From an uncultured Planctomycetaceae bacterium (GTDB lineage Bacteria > Planctomycetota > Planctomycetia > Isosphaerales > Isosphaeraceae): a DNA stretch of 64,000 nt. Location of the stretch: NCBI GenBank assembly GCA_963833985.1, contig CAWIAD010000002.1:3968001-4032000 (forward strand). The letters are read 5' to 3'. The position numbers and the translations under genes are program-made. Shown here piece by piece: positions 22,318 through 32,856 of this stretch. Position 1 is the stretch's first letter. Each line of letters opens with the position of its first letter. The notes under the pieces are model-generated. The model did not search any database and was not told where the DNA came from. It was given only the letters and a program-made list of their open reading frames with translations.

Positions 22318-22593
22318 TCAGCGGCCACCCGAAAACCAGCCATCGGTCAGCATGGCCAGAACCCCGCTCGCCAGCATGAGCACGAACTCGATGCCCAGGA
22401 TGAGCGGGCCCTGGCGATCGAGCCAGGCGGCGAGCCGGCGCGAGCCCTCACCCTGGTGCGCGGGGCCTTGCCCGAGCACGTTCGGGGCCATCAGGTACGC
22501 CAGCACGGTCACCACGAACAATGTGCTGACGATCATCACCCCGATGTAGAACGGGTTCGAGAAGGCGGAGTTCTTGCGCCGGGTCGCTGGCAT
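22318..22593 (-). CDS. Small two-TM hypothetical membrane protein
   Basis: NPFYIGVMIVSTLFVVTVLAYLM and LILGIEFVLMLASGVLAMLTD hydrophobic helices; starts 4 bp after the ndk stop. Confidence 0.7.
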   Translation of the reverse strand: MPATRRKNSAFSNPFYIGVMIVSTLFVVTVLAYLMAPNVLGQGPAHQGEGSRRLAAWLDRQGPLILGIEFVLMLASGVLAMLTDGWFSGGR

Positions 22594-22597
22594 CGGT

Positions 22598-23053
22598 TCA
22601 GGCCCCGGCGAATACCCACTGGTCGCCTGCAAGGCTGTAGTCGACGACCTCCTCGGGTCGAAACCAGAGTGCAATCTCGCGCTGGGCCGATTCGGGGCTG
22701 TCGCTGCCGTGGACCAGGTTGTTCTGCTTGCTGATCGAGAAATCGCCGCGGATCGTCCCCGGCGCGGCAGCCACGCCATTGGTCGCGCCCAGCATCGACC
22801 GCACGACGCCGATCGCCTCGTTCCCCTCGAGCACGCCCACGACCACCGGGCCGCCGGTGATGAACGTGATCAAACCCTCGAAGAACGGTTTGCCAAGGTG
22901 TTCGGCGTAGTGCTTCTCGCCCAGGCTGCGGTCCACCTGCATGAGCTTCAGCGCGGCAATGCGCAGGCCCTTGCTCTCAAGGCGTGCCAGGATCGAGCCA
23001 ACCAACCGGCGCTGGACGCAGTCCGGCTTGAAAATGATCAGAGTACGTTGCAT
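22598..23053 (-). CDS. ndk: Nucleoside diphosphate kinase
   Basis: MQRTLIIFKPD, PGTIRGDF, NLVHGSDS. Confidence 0.97.
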   Translation of the reverse strand: MQRTLIIFKPDCVQRRLVGSILARLESKGLRIAALKLMQVDRSLGEKHYAEHLGKPFFEGLITFITGGPVVVGVLEGNEAIGVVRSMLGATNGVAAAPGTIRGDFSISKQNNLVHGSDSPESAQREIALWFRPEEVVDYSLAGDQWVFAGA

Positions 23054-23161
23054 GCGACTGAACCCATATATGCTGAAGGAAAAAGGCGGCACGGAGGGGA
23101 GTGAAATCTCGTGGCCCTGGTCGGCAAGCTGTGACTCCGGCTCTTCCGCGACCGCGCCAGT

Positions 23162-23658
23162 TTAGTCGTCGGCCGGCGGCGTTTGCAACGCTGCGGAAAT
23201 GGTCTCAGCCGGCGGGACGAGCGTCCAGGCAAGCTCGTGGAACGAGTCGGAACCGAGCCGCCAGATGCGCACGACGGGGGGGCTGGAGAGCAGCGAGACG
23301 ATGATCCGGGGCATGTCTCCCCAGTGGTTCTGTTCCAGGTCAGTCCGGCTGGGGACGGCCTCCCAGCGTGGGTGGGAATGATAGATCGCGAGCGTTTCCC
23401 ATTGCCGCTGGCGCAGCCAGACATGGGCCTGGATGTGCTCCTGAGGGTCGGCCAGGTAGCGCTGCTCACTGGCGGCGATGTTGCGCAGGGGATGGATGCT
23501 GCCCACCCGAGGCGCCACGCCCCCCAGGATGCCGCAACACTCCAGGGCGCCTCGCGCCGGCAATGCGCAATCATGGCTTCCAGCAGGTCGGCGGGGATCT
23601 CCAGCGGCGTGAGCGCTGCGCCGCCGGCTCCGGGCTGTGCGGTCGCTGGCGTGCTCAT
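23162..23658 (-). CDS. M67 (JAB/MPN) metallopeptidase, Mec-like; frameshift near 23548
   Basis: [11 protein letters not shown], then (L)ECCGILGG in the shifted frame. JAMM motif IYHSHP...PSRTD. Confidence 0.88.
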
Positions 23659-24635
23659 TCGGGAAAAAGCGGCGTGGAAAGGTAGCGCTCACCGAGATCC
23701 GGCAGCACGACGACCACCAGCTTCTCCGCGTTTTCCGCCCTCCGGGAGACCACCAGCGCGCCCACGACAGCCGCGCCGCAGGAAATGCCGCAGAGCATGC
23801 CCTCCTCGCGGGCAAGGCGGCGAGTCATCTCGAAGGCCTCGTCGTCGCGCACGGCCACCACCTCGTCGATGATGTCCGTGTTGAGCACGTCGGGAATGAA
23901 CCCGGCGCCGATTCCCTGAATCTTGTGCTGGCCGGGACGGAGCGGCTCATGGTTGCGCAACTGGCTGATCACGGGCGAATTCAGCGGTTCGACGGCGACC
24001 ACCTTGAGCGACGGCTTGCGGGCTTTGAGCACCTCGCCGCACCCGGTGATCGTGCCGCCGGTGCCGACGGTGGCGACCAGGATATCCACCTTGCCATCGG
24101 TATCGCGCCAGATCTCCTCGGCCGTCGTTCTGCGATGGATCTCGGGGTTGGCCGGGTTCTTGAACTGCTGAGGCATGAAGGAGTTGGGCGTGTTCTTGAC
24201 GAGCTCCTCCGCCTTCCGCACGGCACCCGGCATGCCCTCGGCGGCGGGCGTGAGCACGATTTCCGCGCCGAACGCCTTGATGAGGCGCCGGCGTTCGAGG
24301 CTCATGCTTTCGGGCATGGTCACCACCAGGTGATAACCACGCGCCGCACAGGTGAAGGCCAGACCGATGCCGGTGTTGCCGCTGGTCGGCTCGATGATCA
24401 CCGAGCCCTTGCGAATCAGGCCCGCGGCCTCGGCCGCGTCGATCATCGCCACGCCGATGCGGTCCTTCACCGACCAGAGCGGATTGAAGTTCTCGAGCTT
24501 GCCGACCACCTCGGCATGGCTGCCCGAAGTGACCCTGCGTAGCCGGATCAGGGGCGTGTTGCCGATGGTCTGGGTGATATCATCATAGATTCGCCCGCGC
24601 TGCCTCGCTTCTGCTCCGCGATTCTCCATCGGCAA
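23655..24635 (-). CDS. cysK: Cysteine synthase A
   Basis: [49 protein letters not shown]. Confidence 0.95.
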   Translation of the reverse strand: MPMENRGAEARQRGRIYDDITQTIGNTPLIRLRRVTSGSHAEVVGKLENFNPLWSVKDRIGVAMIDAAEAAGLIRKGSVIIEPTSGNTGIGLAFTCAARGYHLVVTMPESMSLERRRLIKAFGAEIVLTPAAEGMPGAVRKAEELVKNTPNSFMPQQFKNPANPEIHRRTTAEEIWRDTDGKVDILVATVGTGGTITGCGEVLKARKPSLKVVAVEPLNSPVISQLRNHEPLRPGQHKIQGIGAGFIPDVLNTDIIDEVVAVRDDEAFEMTRRLAREEGMLCGISCGAAVVGALVVSRRAENAEKLVVVVLPDLGERYLSTPLFPE

Positions 24636-24935
24636 TAGCTCCCGAGCGGATCCGACGCCACGGAGAGCAGCACGCGTTCCCCGCCATCAGGCACCGCCCT
24701 GAACCGGAGAGGATCCCTACCATGGTCAGCGCAATGGCCGTGGGCCATGAACCGCGGGTCGAATCCGACACATACCCTATCACAGTAGCGGAGAATGCGA
24801 TGGGGAACAAGCAGAAACGGCCGGGTTGCAGTTGTGGTTGTGGTTGCGGAGGGGAGTCCGCCGGGCAGAGGTCCGGGTGCAAGGACCAAGGAGCCAGGGA
24901 GCGGTCCGGGGAACGGACGAGCCAGGGCGTCCGGA

Positions 24936-25253
24936 TCAAACCGTTTCGGCCGAGTCGTCGAGCTTGGTGTAACCGAGGTCGCGCAGCACTTCGAGAACCT
25001 CGCTCCAGGTGGGGAACATCCGTCCGCTCTTGTGCTTGTATTCGTTCATCGCGAGCATGAACTCGAGCTCCGCCTGGGAGTAGTCGCGTTCGCAGGTGGT
25101 GGGGTCGACGAAGCGGCGTCTGCCGCTGATCTGCCGCGCCTTCGCCGCGCGAGTGGCCTGTTCGCTGGCCTTCCGATTGGCCCATTCCGGGCATGGCGTC
25201 GCGGCAGTCTTGGCCCTGGTCGCGACTTCGGTCTGTCCTGCTGCCTGATACAT
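24936..25253 (-). CDS. Small hypothetical protein
   Basis: Protein-like core [52 protein letters not shown] upstream of the ATG at 25253. Confidence 0.75.
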   Translation of the reverse strand: MYQAAGQTEVATRAKTAATPCPEWANRKASEQATRAAKARQISGRRRFVDPTTCERDYSQAELEFMLAMNEYKHKSGRMFPTWSEVLEVLRDLGYTKLDDSAETV

Positions 25254-25774
25254 CCTTCCAGCTCCTCTTTGCGCCCGTTCTGGAGCCCGACCGGCCCCGC
25301 CTGGCTTGCCCTTGGAGAGAATCTCATCCTGCGGCCTCAAGCCAACCCGACTGCGGTATTCGCCGAAGCGGTACCAGGGTCGTCGAGTCAGTGCTCTTGA
25401 ACGGCCTCCGTAGAGCAACGTAACTCCCGCCGGTGACACCGTGCGTGTCACACACAATTTAATTTGGCGAGATTTTTCGCCGGTCGATCGGACGATGCCC
25501 GCGACGCCAGCGACTGCCTCGCCCCGGCACCGCGGATTCCTCCGCTGTTGCAAATCGGAAACGAAAGCAGAGGGGGCTGCCGGCGGGCCCTGAAGCGCCA
25601 GGACGCAATCGGGAGACATTTCCCGTTGCGCAAGGAAAACGCTTGCTTGCGAGGTGGTTTCCCCGGCGCTCGATTCGGTAAGATATCCGTGGCGCATTGA
25701 CTCAGCATGCGCCAGGGCTTCCACCACGACCTTTCCGCATTTCCCAGCTACGCGCCGGACAGGATGTTGTCGCC

Positions 25775-27305
25775 ATGCCCCAGACTGATCTGGAATCGTT
25801 GACCGACCAGTTGACTCTGATCGGGCTCATCTCACGCGAGCAGTACCGCGAAGCCCGGGCCGAGGCCGAAGACGGCTCCGCGGAAGCCCTCGTCCGGGCT
25901 CTCATGCGCAAGGGCTGGTTGACGAGCTGGCAAGTGGAGCGGCTGAAGAAGGGCGACACGTCCAGCTTTTTCTTCGGCAACTACCGCGCCCTGTTCCACC
26001 TGGCCGAGGGGACATTCGCCCGAGTTTACCGCGGACAACACAGCGAGACGGGATCCTCGGCGGCCATCAAGGTGCTCAGGCAGCGGTTCGCCACAATGCC
26101 CGACGCCGTGCTGCGGTTTCACAAGGAAGCCGAGGCCGGCATGCGGCTGCGGCACCCCAACATCGTACGCCTGGAGGACCAGGGCCAGCAGGACAGCCGC
26201 CATTATATGATCATGGAGTATGTCGAAGGGATGAACCTGCGCGAGTTTCTCAGGCTGCGGGTGCGGCTCAAGGACAGGGAGTCCCTGCCGCTCCTGCTCG
26301 GGCTGGCGCACGGTCTCCAGTACTCGCACGAACAGGGCGTGACGCACCGCGACCTGAAGGCCACCAATATCTTGATCTCCAACGCGGGCGAGGCCAAGCT
26401 GGTCGACTTCGGGCTGGCCACCATCGAGGGAGACGAGTCGCGGCAGCACGGCATGCTCAGCCAGCGCACCGTGGACTACTCGGCGCTCGGAGCGCACCTG
26501 CGGCAGCCCCAAGGGGGACCCGCGGTCGGACATCTACTTCCTCGGCTGCGTGTTCTATCACATGCTCACCGGCCAGATCGCGCTGGAAGACTCCGAGAGC
26601 AAGGACCCGCTCAAGAAGATGCTGAAACGGTCCTTCGGCGTCATCAAGCCCATCAGCGAGCATCGCTACGCCCCCGAGGAGTCCCTGGCCGCGATTGTGG
26701 AACGGATGATGAAGATTGATCTCAAGGCACGCTACCAGAGCATGCGCCAGGTGGTGGAAGAGCTTGAGGAGTATGAAGGCAAGATCAACCCGGCTGTGGC
26801 TGAGGCGCGGGCCTTCGCCCGCAAGTACACGGGCCCGCAGGAAGAAGAAGAGCCGGCCGTCGATGAGCTGCTCACAGAGCAGCGCGCTGAAGTTTTCGAC
26901 CCTCAAGCGCTTGAAGTCAAGACGCTTGGTTCCCGCAACGTGCTCTGCGTCGAGGCTCAAACCGAGATCCAGGATGCGCTCCGCAAGAACCTCTCGCGGA
27001 TGGGCTACCGGGTGCTTCTGGTGACCGATGCCGAACGCGCAGCCGAGCACTACCGGGAATCGCCCCCCGACGCGGTGATCTTCGATGCCGACGGCCTCGG
27101 TTCCGACACGATCTCGGCGCTGGTTGACATGCAAGAGAAGGCCGAGGAAGACGGCCGCACGCTGCTGGCCCTGGTGCTGCTCGGACCGCGCCAGACCGCG
27201 CTCAAGGAGCAGTTGCCCACCGCGGGCAAGCTCGTCGTGCTTGTCAAGCCGATCAAGCTGAAGCAGGTTCAGGACGCGATCAGCGAGCTCTTGCCCTTGA
27301 CCTGA
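25775..27305 (+). CDS. Hanks-type Ser/Thr kinase with C-terminal receiver-like domain; frameshift near 26490
   Basis: [24 protein letters not shown]. After the shift: [15 protein letters not shown] and REC-like VLCVE...PDAVIFD...VKPI. Confidence 0.87.
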
Positions 27306-27342
27306 ACGCGGCCAACGCCCGCTCCCATCGAGGTAGCCTTGC

Positions 27343-28320
27343 GTGAAGCTCCGTGGCGTGCTGCTCGCCTTGCTTGCCGTGTCCACCGGTCTGCTGGCTC
27401 CGGGTTCGCCAGCCGCCGAGCCGCTGGACGTTTCCCCCGAGGGACGGGCGCTGGCGTATCTGGCTTGCGAAGTTCCGCGCTGGGCGCGCGAGAACCACTG
27501 TCATTCGTGCCACAACAACGGCGATGCCGCACGCGCCCTGTACGCGGGCATCCAGGCGGGTTACGCCGTGCCCGGGTCGGCCCTGACCGACACCAATCTC
27601 TGGCTGGCCGATCCCCGGCGCTGGGAGGAAGAGGGCGGCAAAGGCCCCTTCTCGGACAGACGGCTGGCGCGCCTTCAATTCACCAGCACGCTCGCGGCCG
27701 CCCGCTCGACGGGTCAGGTGAGCGATCCCATGAGCCTGATCCGTGCGGCCGATCGCCTTGCTGGCGAACAGGCCGCCGATGGCTCGTGGCCGCTGGAAGG
27801 TGTGGAGGGACCCGCGTCAGCGCCGACGCTCGGGGACTTCCTGGCCGGTTACCTGGCGCGCGCGAGTCTGAAGCTTGCCGACCCGATCCGGTTTCGGCGG
27901 CCCATCGAACAATCCACCCGCTGGCTGACCGCGCACCCGACCCGTTCCGTGATGGAGGTTTCCGTGTCCCTGCTCGTTGCGGCGGATGCAGACTCGAAAC
28001 TGTCAGAGGAGGTCCGATCTCGGGCCCTGGACCGCCTGCGTACCGCCCAGACCGTAGACGGCGGATGGGGCCCCTTCGCCTCCTCGCCCCCGGAGAATTT
28101 TGACACCTCGCTGGCGCTTCTGGCGCTGGACCAGGCCCGCCGGCCGCTTGCGACGCGCGTCATGATCGCCCGCGCCCGCGCATTCCTGATCGCTCGCCAG
28201 CAGCCCGACGGAAGCTGGTCCGAAACCACCCGTCCACCCGGTGCCGTCAGCTACGCGCAACGCGTCTCCACGACGGCCTGGGCCACGCTTGGACTTCTGG
28301 CCACCAGGTCAGGCGGGTGA
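27343..28320 (+). CDS. Secreted prenyltransferase/squalene-cyclase-repeat protein
   Basis: Signal peptide; QW-like repeats QAADGSW, QTVDGGW, QQPDGSW; CHSCH motif. Confidence 0.75.
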   Translation: MKLRGVLLALLAVSTGLLAPGSPAAEPLDVSPEGRALAYLACEVPRWARENHCHSCHNNGDAARALYAGIQAGYAVPGSALTDTNLWLADPRRWEEEGGKGPFSDRRLARLQFTSTLAAARSTGQVSDPMSLIRAADRLAGEQAADGSWPLEGVEGPASAPTLGDFLAGYLARASLKLADPIRFRRPIEQSTRWLTAHPTRSVMEVSVSLLVAADADSKLSEEVRSRALDRLRTAQTVDGGWGPFASSPPENFDTSLALLALDQARRPLATRVMIARARAFLIARQQPDGSWSETTRPPGAVSYAQRVSTTAWATLGLLATRSGG

Positions 28321-28575
28321 CTGACTCATCGATCGCGGCGAGCCATGCTGCCTGCCCGCCGGGGAGCGGGGGTGCCCCGCATGCAGAGTCGGGCCGCAGG
28401 CCGGTTCAGGGAGCGTGCGCGGGAAACGGAAACAGCGGGGGCTCGCCGGGACCTGCGGGTGGCCAACGGCCGGAACAGATGGCTAGGATGGGAGGTTCCA
28501 GACGCCTTCGTCCCTGAAACCGGCAATCGATCCCTCTGCGAGACCCGCGAGGCAAGCCACCAGGAGTTCCACACC

Positions 28576-29490
28576 ATGCCCCGACCCACCCGGCGCGACG
28601 TCTTGAAACGGGGACTGGGAGCAGCCGTGGCAGGCTGGAGTTCGTTCTCGTTTTCGCGTTCGGCCTCTGCCATCCCTCCCATCGGCCGTACGCGGCCCAG
28701 CCACCTGAAGCTGAGCCTCGCCGCGTACTCGTATCGCGACTACCTGACGTCGAAACCGCCCCGCATGGACCTGTTCGACTACGTGAACCTGGCTGCCGAC
28801 ATGGGCCTCGACGCCGTCGAGCCGACGTCCTACTACTTCCCACCAAACGTCACAACCGAGTACCTGCACAAGCTCAAGCAACATGCGTTCGTGCTGGGTC
28901 TGGATATCTCGGGCACGGCGATCGGCAACAACTTCTGCCTGCCCCCCGGCGCGAAGCGTGACGAGCAGCTCGAGAACACCAGGCGCTGGATTGACCGCGC
29001 CGCCGAGCTTGATGCACCCGTCATCCGCATCTTCGCCGGTAATGTTCCAGGTGGAGCGACCGAGGAGCAAGCGGCCGCCTGGGCCGTCGAGGGCATCCAG
29101 GCCTCGCTCCCGCACGCGGCCGAAAAGGGTGTGACGCTGGCACTGGAGAACCATGGCGGCATCACGGCGACACCCCGGCAGATCCTGAAGCTGGTCAGGG
29201 CCGTGGAGGGACCCAATTTTGGCGTGAACCTCGACACCGGCAACTTCCGGGGCGAAGACCCCTACGCCGAAATCGCGGAGCTGGCACCATACGCCGTCAA
29301 CGTCCAGGTGAAGACCGAGGTGCTCCGCAAGGGAAGCCGGACCAAGGAAGAGGCCGACCTGGGACGGCTCATCGGCATCCTCCGCGAGGCGCGCTATTCG
29401 GGTTATGTCGTGCTCGAGTACGAGGCCGCCGAAGATCCGCTCGCCGCGATTCCCCGGCACATCAAGAAACTGCGCGAGCTGATCAGCTAG
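28576..29490 (+). CDS. Tat-exported sugar phosphate isomerase/epimerase (AP endonuclease 2 TIM barrel)
   Basis: TRRDVLK twin-arginine motif; LALENHGG, NLDTGN, VVLEYE. Confidence 0.88.
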   Translation: MPRPTRRDVLKRGLGAAVAGWSSFSFSRSASAIPPIGRTRPSHLKLSLAAYSYRDYLTSKPPRMDLFDYVNLAADMGLDAVEPTSYYFPPNVTTEYLHKLKQHAFVLGLDISGTAIGNNFCLPPGAKRDEQLENTRRWIDRAAELDAPVIRIFAGNVPGGATEEQAAAWAVEGIQASLPHAAEKGVTLALENHGGITATPRQILKLVRAVEGPNFGVNLDTGNFRGEDPYAEIAELAPYAVNVQVKTEVLRKGSRTKEEADLGRLIGILREARYSGYVVLEYEAAEDPLAAIPRHIKKLRELIS

Positions 29491-29690
29491 AGTCTAGTCT
29501 AGCGACCCTCAGGTTCCATCCCGGCAACAGTTTCGGGCGGGCGGGACGCACCCACGCTCGCAGCCTTGATTCGTTCCCCCGGGTCTGATCGAATAGATGC
29601 ACCCGCTGCCGGTGAATCGTCTGCCGGGGAGAAGCCAGGAAAACGCCGCTCGAGTTCCGCCCTCTTTTTGCATTCGACGGAGCATCGCTG

Positions 29691-30839
29691 ATGATCGTGG
29701 GGGTCCCCAGGGAGATCAAGGCCGACGAATACCGGGTTGCGCTGTTGCCGGTTGGTGCCGAGGAATTGACCAGCGCGGGACACCAGGTGCTCTTCGAGGC
29801 GGGGGCAGGGCAGGGGAGCGGCATTGTCGACGCCGAGTATCTCGCGGCCGGCGCGACAGTTGTCCAGAGCGCGGCGGAGATCTGGGCCGCGGCGGATATC
29901 GTCATCAAGGTGAAGGAACCGCAGGCCTCGGAGTGGCCCCACCTGCGTCCCGAGCAGGTGGTCTTTACCTATTTTCACTTCGCGGCCGACGAGGCGCTCA
30001 CGCGGGCCATCATCGGCAGCGGGATCACGGCGATCGCCTACGAAACCCTCAGGGACGCGCGGGGCAACCTGCCCCTGCTCACGCCGATGAGCGAGGTTGC
30101 CGGCCGCATGAGCATCCAGGAGGGGGCTCGGTTCCTGGAACGTCCGCAGGAGGGCCGGGGGATCCTGCTGGCCGGGGTTCCGGGCGTGGCTCCCGCCGAG
30201 GTCGCCATCCTGGGCGGTGGCGTGGTCGGTTCGAATGCGGCCAAGGTCGCTGCCGGCCTCGGCGCCAACGTTCGCATCCTCGACGTGAACCTGGACCGGC
30301 TGCGCTACCTCGACGACATCATGCCGCCCAACGTGACCACGCTCTACTCCGACCGGCATACGATCCGTGAGTCCATCGAACGCGCCGACCTGGTGATTGG
30401 CGCCGTGCTCATCACGGGTGCCCGGGCGCCTCGCCTGGTGCGACGCCAGGACCTGGCCACCATGAAGACCGGCTCGGTCATCGTCGATGTGGCCATCGAC
30501 CAGGGTGGGTGCATCGAGACCAGCCGGCCGACGACTCATCTTCATCCGACTTACGTCGTTGATGGCGTGGTGCATTACTGCGTGACCAACATGCCCGGCG
30601 CCGTGGGGCGAACCAGTACCTATGCACTGTGCAACGTGACACTTCCCTACGTGCTGCAACTTGTGAAAAATGGATGGAAGGCTCTCACGGCAACCGATCC
30701 CGGCGTGGCGGCGGGCGTGAACATCGACCGGGGCCGCGTGACCAATCATGCGGTTGCCGCGACGTTCGGCATGCACTATAGCCCGCTCGAAACGTCTTCT
30801 TACACGACAGCCTCCAGCGCGGCGCCATCCCTGATCTGA
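29691..30839 (+). CDS. ald: Alanine dehydrogenase
   Basis: GVPREIK..EYRVAL, VKEP, LLTPMSEVAGR, GGGVVG, DVAIDQGGC.ET, NMPGAV. Confidence 0.96.
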   Translation: MIVGVPREIKADEYRVALLPVGAEELTSAGHQVLFEAGAGQGSGIVDAEYLAAGATVVQSAAEIWAAADIVIKVKEPQASEWPHLRPEQVVFTYFHFAADEALTRAIIGSGITAIAYETLRDARGNLPLLTPMSEVAGRMSIQEGARFLERPQEGRGILLAGVPGVAPAEVAILGGGVVGSNAAKVAAGLGANVRILDVNLDRLRYLDDIMPPNVTTLYSDRHTIRESIERADLVIGAVLITGARAPRLVRRQDLATMKTGSVIVDVAIDQGGCIETSRPTTHLHPTYVVDGVVHYCVTNMPGAVGRTSTYALCNVTLPYVLQLVKNGWKALTATDPGVAAGVNIDRGRVTNHAVAATFGMHYSPLETSSYTTASSAAPSLI

Positions 30840-30902
30840 ACTACCCGAAGGCGGCCTCGGCACCGGGGCCTCCTTCCCGTCCTACCCACGGAGTGACTTC
30901 TC

Positions 30903-31253
30903 ATGGCTCACGACGAAGAAGACGAGATGGAAGAGCACACTCACGGCGAGGAGCAAGATCATGACCATGATCATGATCACGTCCATGACCACGAGGTCGA
31001 GGAAGCGCTGGAAGAGGCGCTGGAGCTTGACACCCAGAGCCAGATCTTCCTGGAGATGAGGCGCCAGAATATCGACCTGCTGCGGATCGCGACGGAAGTG
31101 GCTGGCTATGCGGGGGAACATGGCCCCATGAAGCAGGGCGACCTCCGTGCGGCGCTGGGCAACATCTGGCACGTCTTTTCGGAATTCTACACATGGGTTG
31201 ACCCCGAAGAAGACGAGGACGACGAGGAGGAGGAAGGCGAGGACGAGGAGTGA
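30903..31253 (+). CDS. His/Asp-rich, highly acidic small protein
   Basis: HDHDHDHVHDH N-terminal tract, ordered middle and poly-E/D tail; fills the gap between ald and mtnA. Confidence 0.8.
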   Translation: MAHDEEDEMEEHTHGEEQDHDHDHDHVHDHEVEEALEEALELDTQSQIFLEMRRQNIDLLRIATEVAGYAGEHGPMKQGDLRAALGNIWHVFSEFYTWVDPEEDEDDEEEEGEDEE

Positions 31254-31312
31254 GACCGCGGCACGGCAACCGAAGCACGGTCACGCCGATTTGAGGGAGG
31301 TTCGATCGGGGC

Positions 31313-32397
31313 ATGTCCGAAGGTGAGATGACCGAAACGTTCCAGACGGTGGCGTGGTATGGCGACGCGGCACGGGGGTGCCTGCGCCTCATCGACCAGA
31401 CCCGCTTACCGATGGAATTCCTGGAGCTTGACTGCCACGATGTGCCGGCGGTGTGGGAGGCGATCAAGCTCCTGCGGGTGCGCGGCGCCCCGGCGATTGG
31501 CGTCGCGGCCGCGTACGGGGCGGTCATCGGTGCGCAGGTCCCAGGGGTGGAGCGACGCGGCCGCGGTACGCAAGGCGCTGGGCGAGGCGACCGCCTACCT
31601 CCGGACCAGCCGTCCCACGGCCGTGAATCTCTTCTGGGCACTGGACCGGATGGAGGGCGCGGCAGCCGACGGCTCCGGCAGCGGCAGCGGTAGCGGCTTG
31701 GCCCTGCTGGAGGTGCTGCTCAAGGAAGCGCACGGCATCGCCGAGGAGGACCGCGCCATGTGCCGCGCGATCGGCCGCCATGGCGCGGAGCTGGTGACTC
31801 CGGGCGAGGGGATCCTCACCCACTGCAACGCCGGCGGCCTGGCCACGTCGGATTACGGAACGGCGCTGGCGGTGATCTTCTCGGCCCACGAGCAGGGCAA
31901 GCCGATTCGTGTCTTCGCCGACGAGACGCGCCCGCTCTTGCAAGGTGCCCGGCTGACCGCGTGGGAGCTGAAGCGGCGCGGCGTCCCCGTCACCTTGATC
32001 TGCGATAACATGGCCGCCCAGGTCATGAAGGAAGGCAAGGTGCAGAAGGTGGTGGTGGGAGCAGACCGGATCGCGGCCAACGGCGACACGGCCAACAAGA
32101 TCGGCACTTACGGCGTGGCCCTGCTGGCCAGCGCGCCACGGCATCCCATTCTACGTCGCCGCTCCGTCGAGCACCTTTGACCTGTCCATTCCGGACGGAT
32201 CCGCGATCCCGATTGAACAGCGCGAGTCGCACGAGGTGACCCACGGCTTCGGCCGGCAGACGGCACCCACCGGCGTGGACGTGTACAACCCTGCCTTCGA
32301 TGTCACTCCGGCAAGGCTGATTGCCGGCATCATCACCGAGAAAGGCGTGATCCGCCCTGTGAACCAGGAAACCATCCGGGAAGTGATCGGGACTTGA
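31313..32397 (+). CDS. mtnA: S-methyl-5-thioribose-1-phosphate isomerase; frameshifts near 31545 and 32135
   Basis: [55 protein letters not shown]...IITEKG across three frames. Confidence 0.92.
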
Positions 32398-32423
32398 AAG
32401 ACCGCGATTTGAAGAGGCAAGTC

Positions 32424-32735
32424 ATGCTGGCCCATTCCTGTTACTTTTCGCTGCACGACAATTCCCCGGCCGCCGTCAAGAAACTGGTGGACGACTGCAA
32501 GAAGTATTTGCCGAACCATGAGGGCGTACTGCATTTCGCCGTGGGTACGCTCAACCCCGACCTCGACCGCCCGGTGAACGACCGCGACTTCGACGTCGCC
32601 CTGTTCATGATCTTCGACTCCAGGGAATCGCACGACGCTTACCAGGTGGCACCGAAGCACCAGGACTTCATCCACCAGAACAAGCCAAACTGGCACATCG
32701 TGCGCGTATTCGACGCCGACGTGGAATCCCGTTGA
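32424..32735 (+). CDS. Dabb family (stress-responsive A/B barrel) protein
   Basis: AH..YFSL...DFDVAL...F.S.ESHDAYQV.P.H..F......W..VRVFD. Confidence 0.85.
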   Translation: MLAHSCYFSLHDNSPAAVKKLVDDCKKYLPNHEGVLHFAVGTLNPDLDRPVNDRDFDVALFMIFDSRESHDAYQVAPKHQDFIHQNKPNWHIVRVFDADVESR

Positions 32736-32856
32736 ACGGCCCACGCACCGAATAGCGTTTTCTTTTCAAGTTGCGTTGCTGGTGTGCCGATGACGGAAGA
32801 GAGGCGTCTGCTTCTCGAACCAGCGTGCGCTCGGGATGGCGATTGTGGGAGCGTGC

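Noticed and set aside
24640..24900. Possible Cys-rich leader peptide or riboswitch upstream of cysK
   Set aside because: The CSCGCGC run is on the opposite strand and comes from a GTTGTG repeat; no recognisable riboswitch fold.
27343..28320. Squalene-hopene cyclase
   Set aside because: About half the expected length, has a signal peptide and no DXDD motif is visible.
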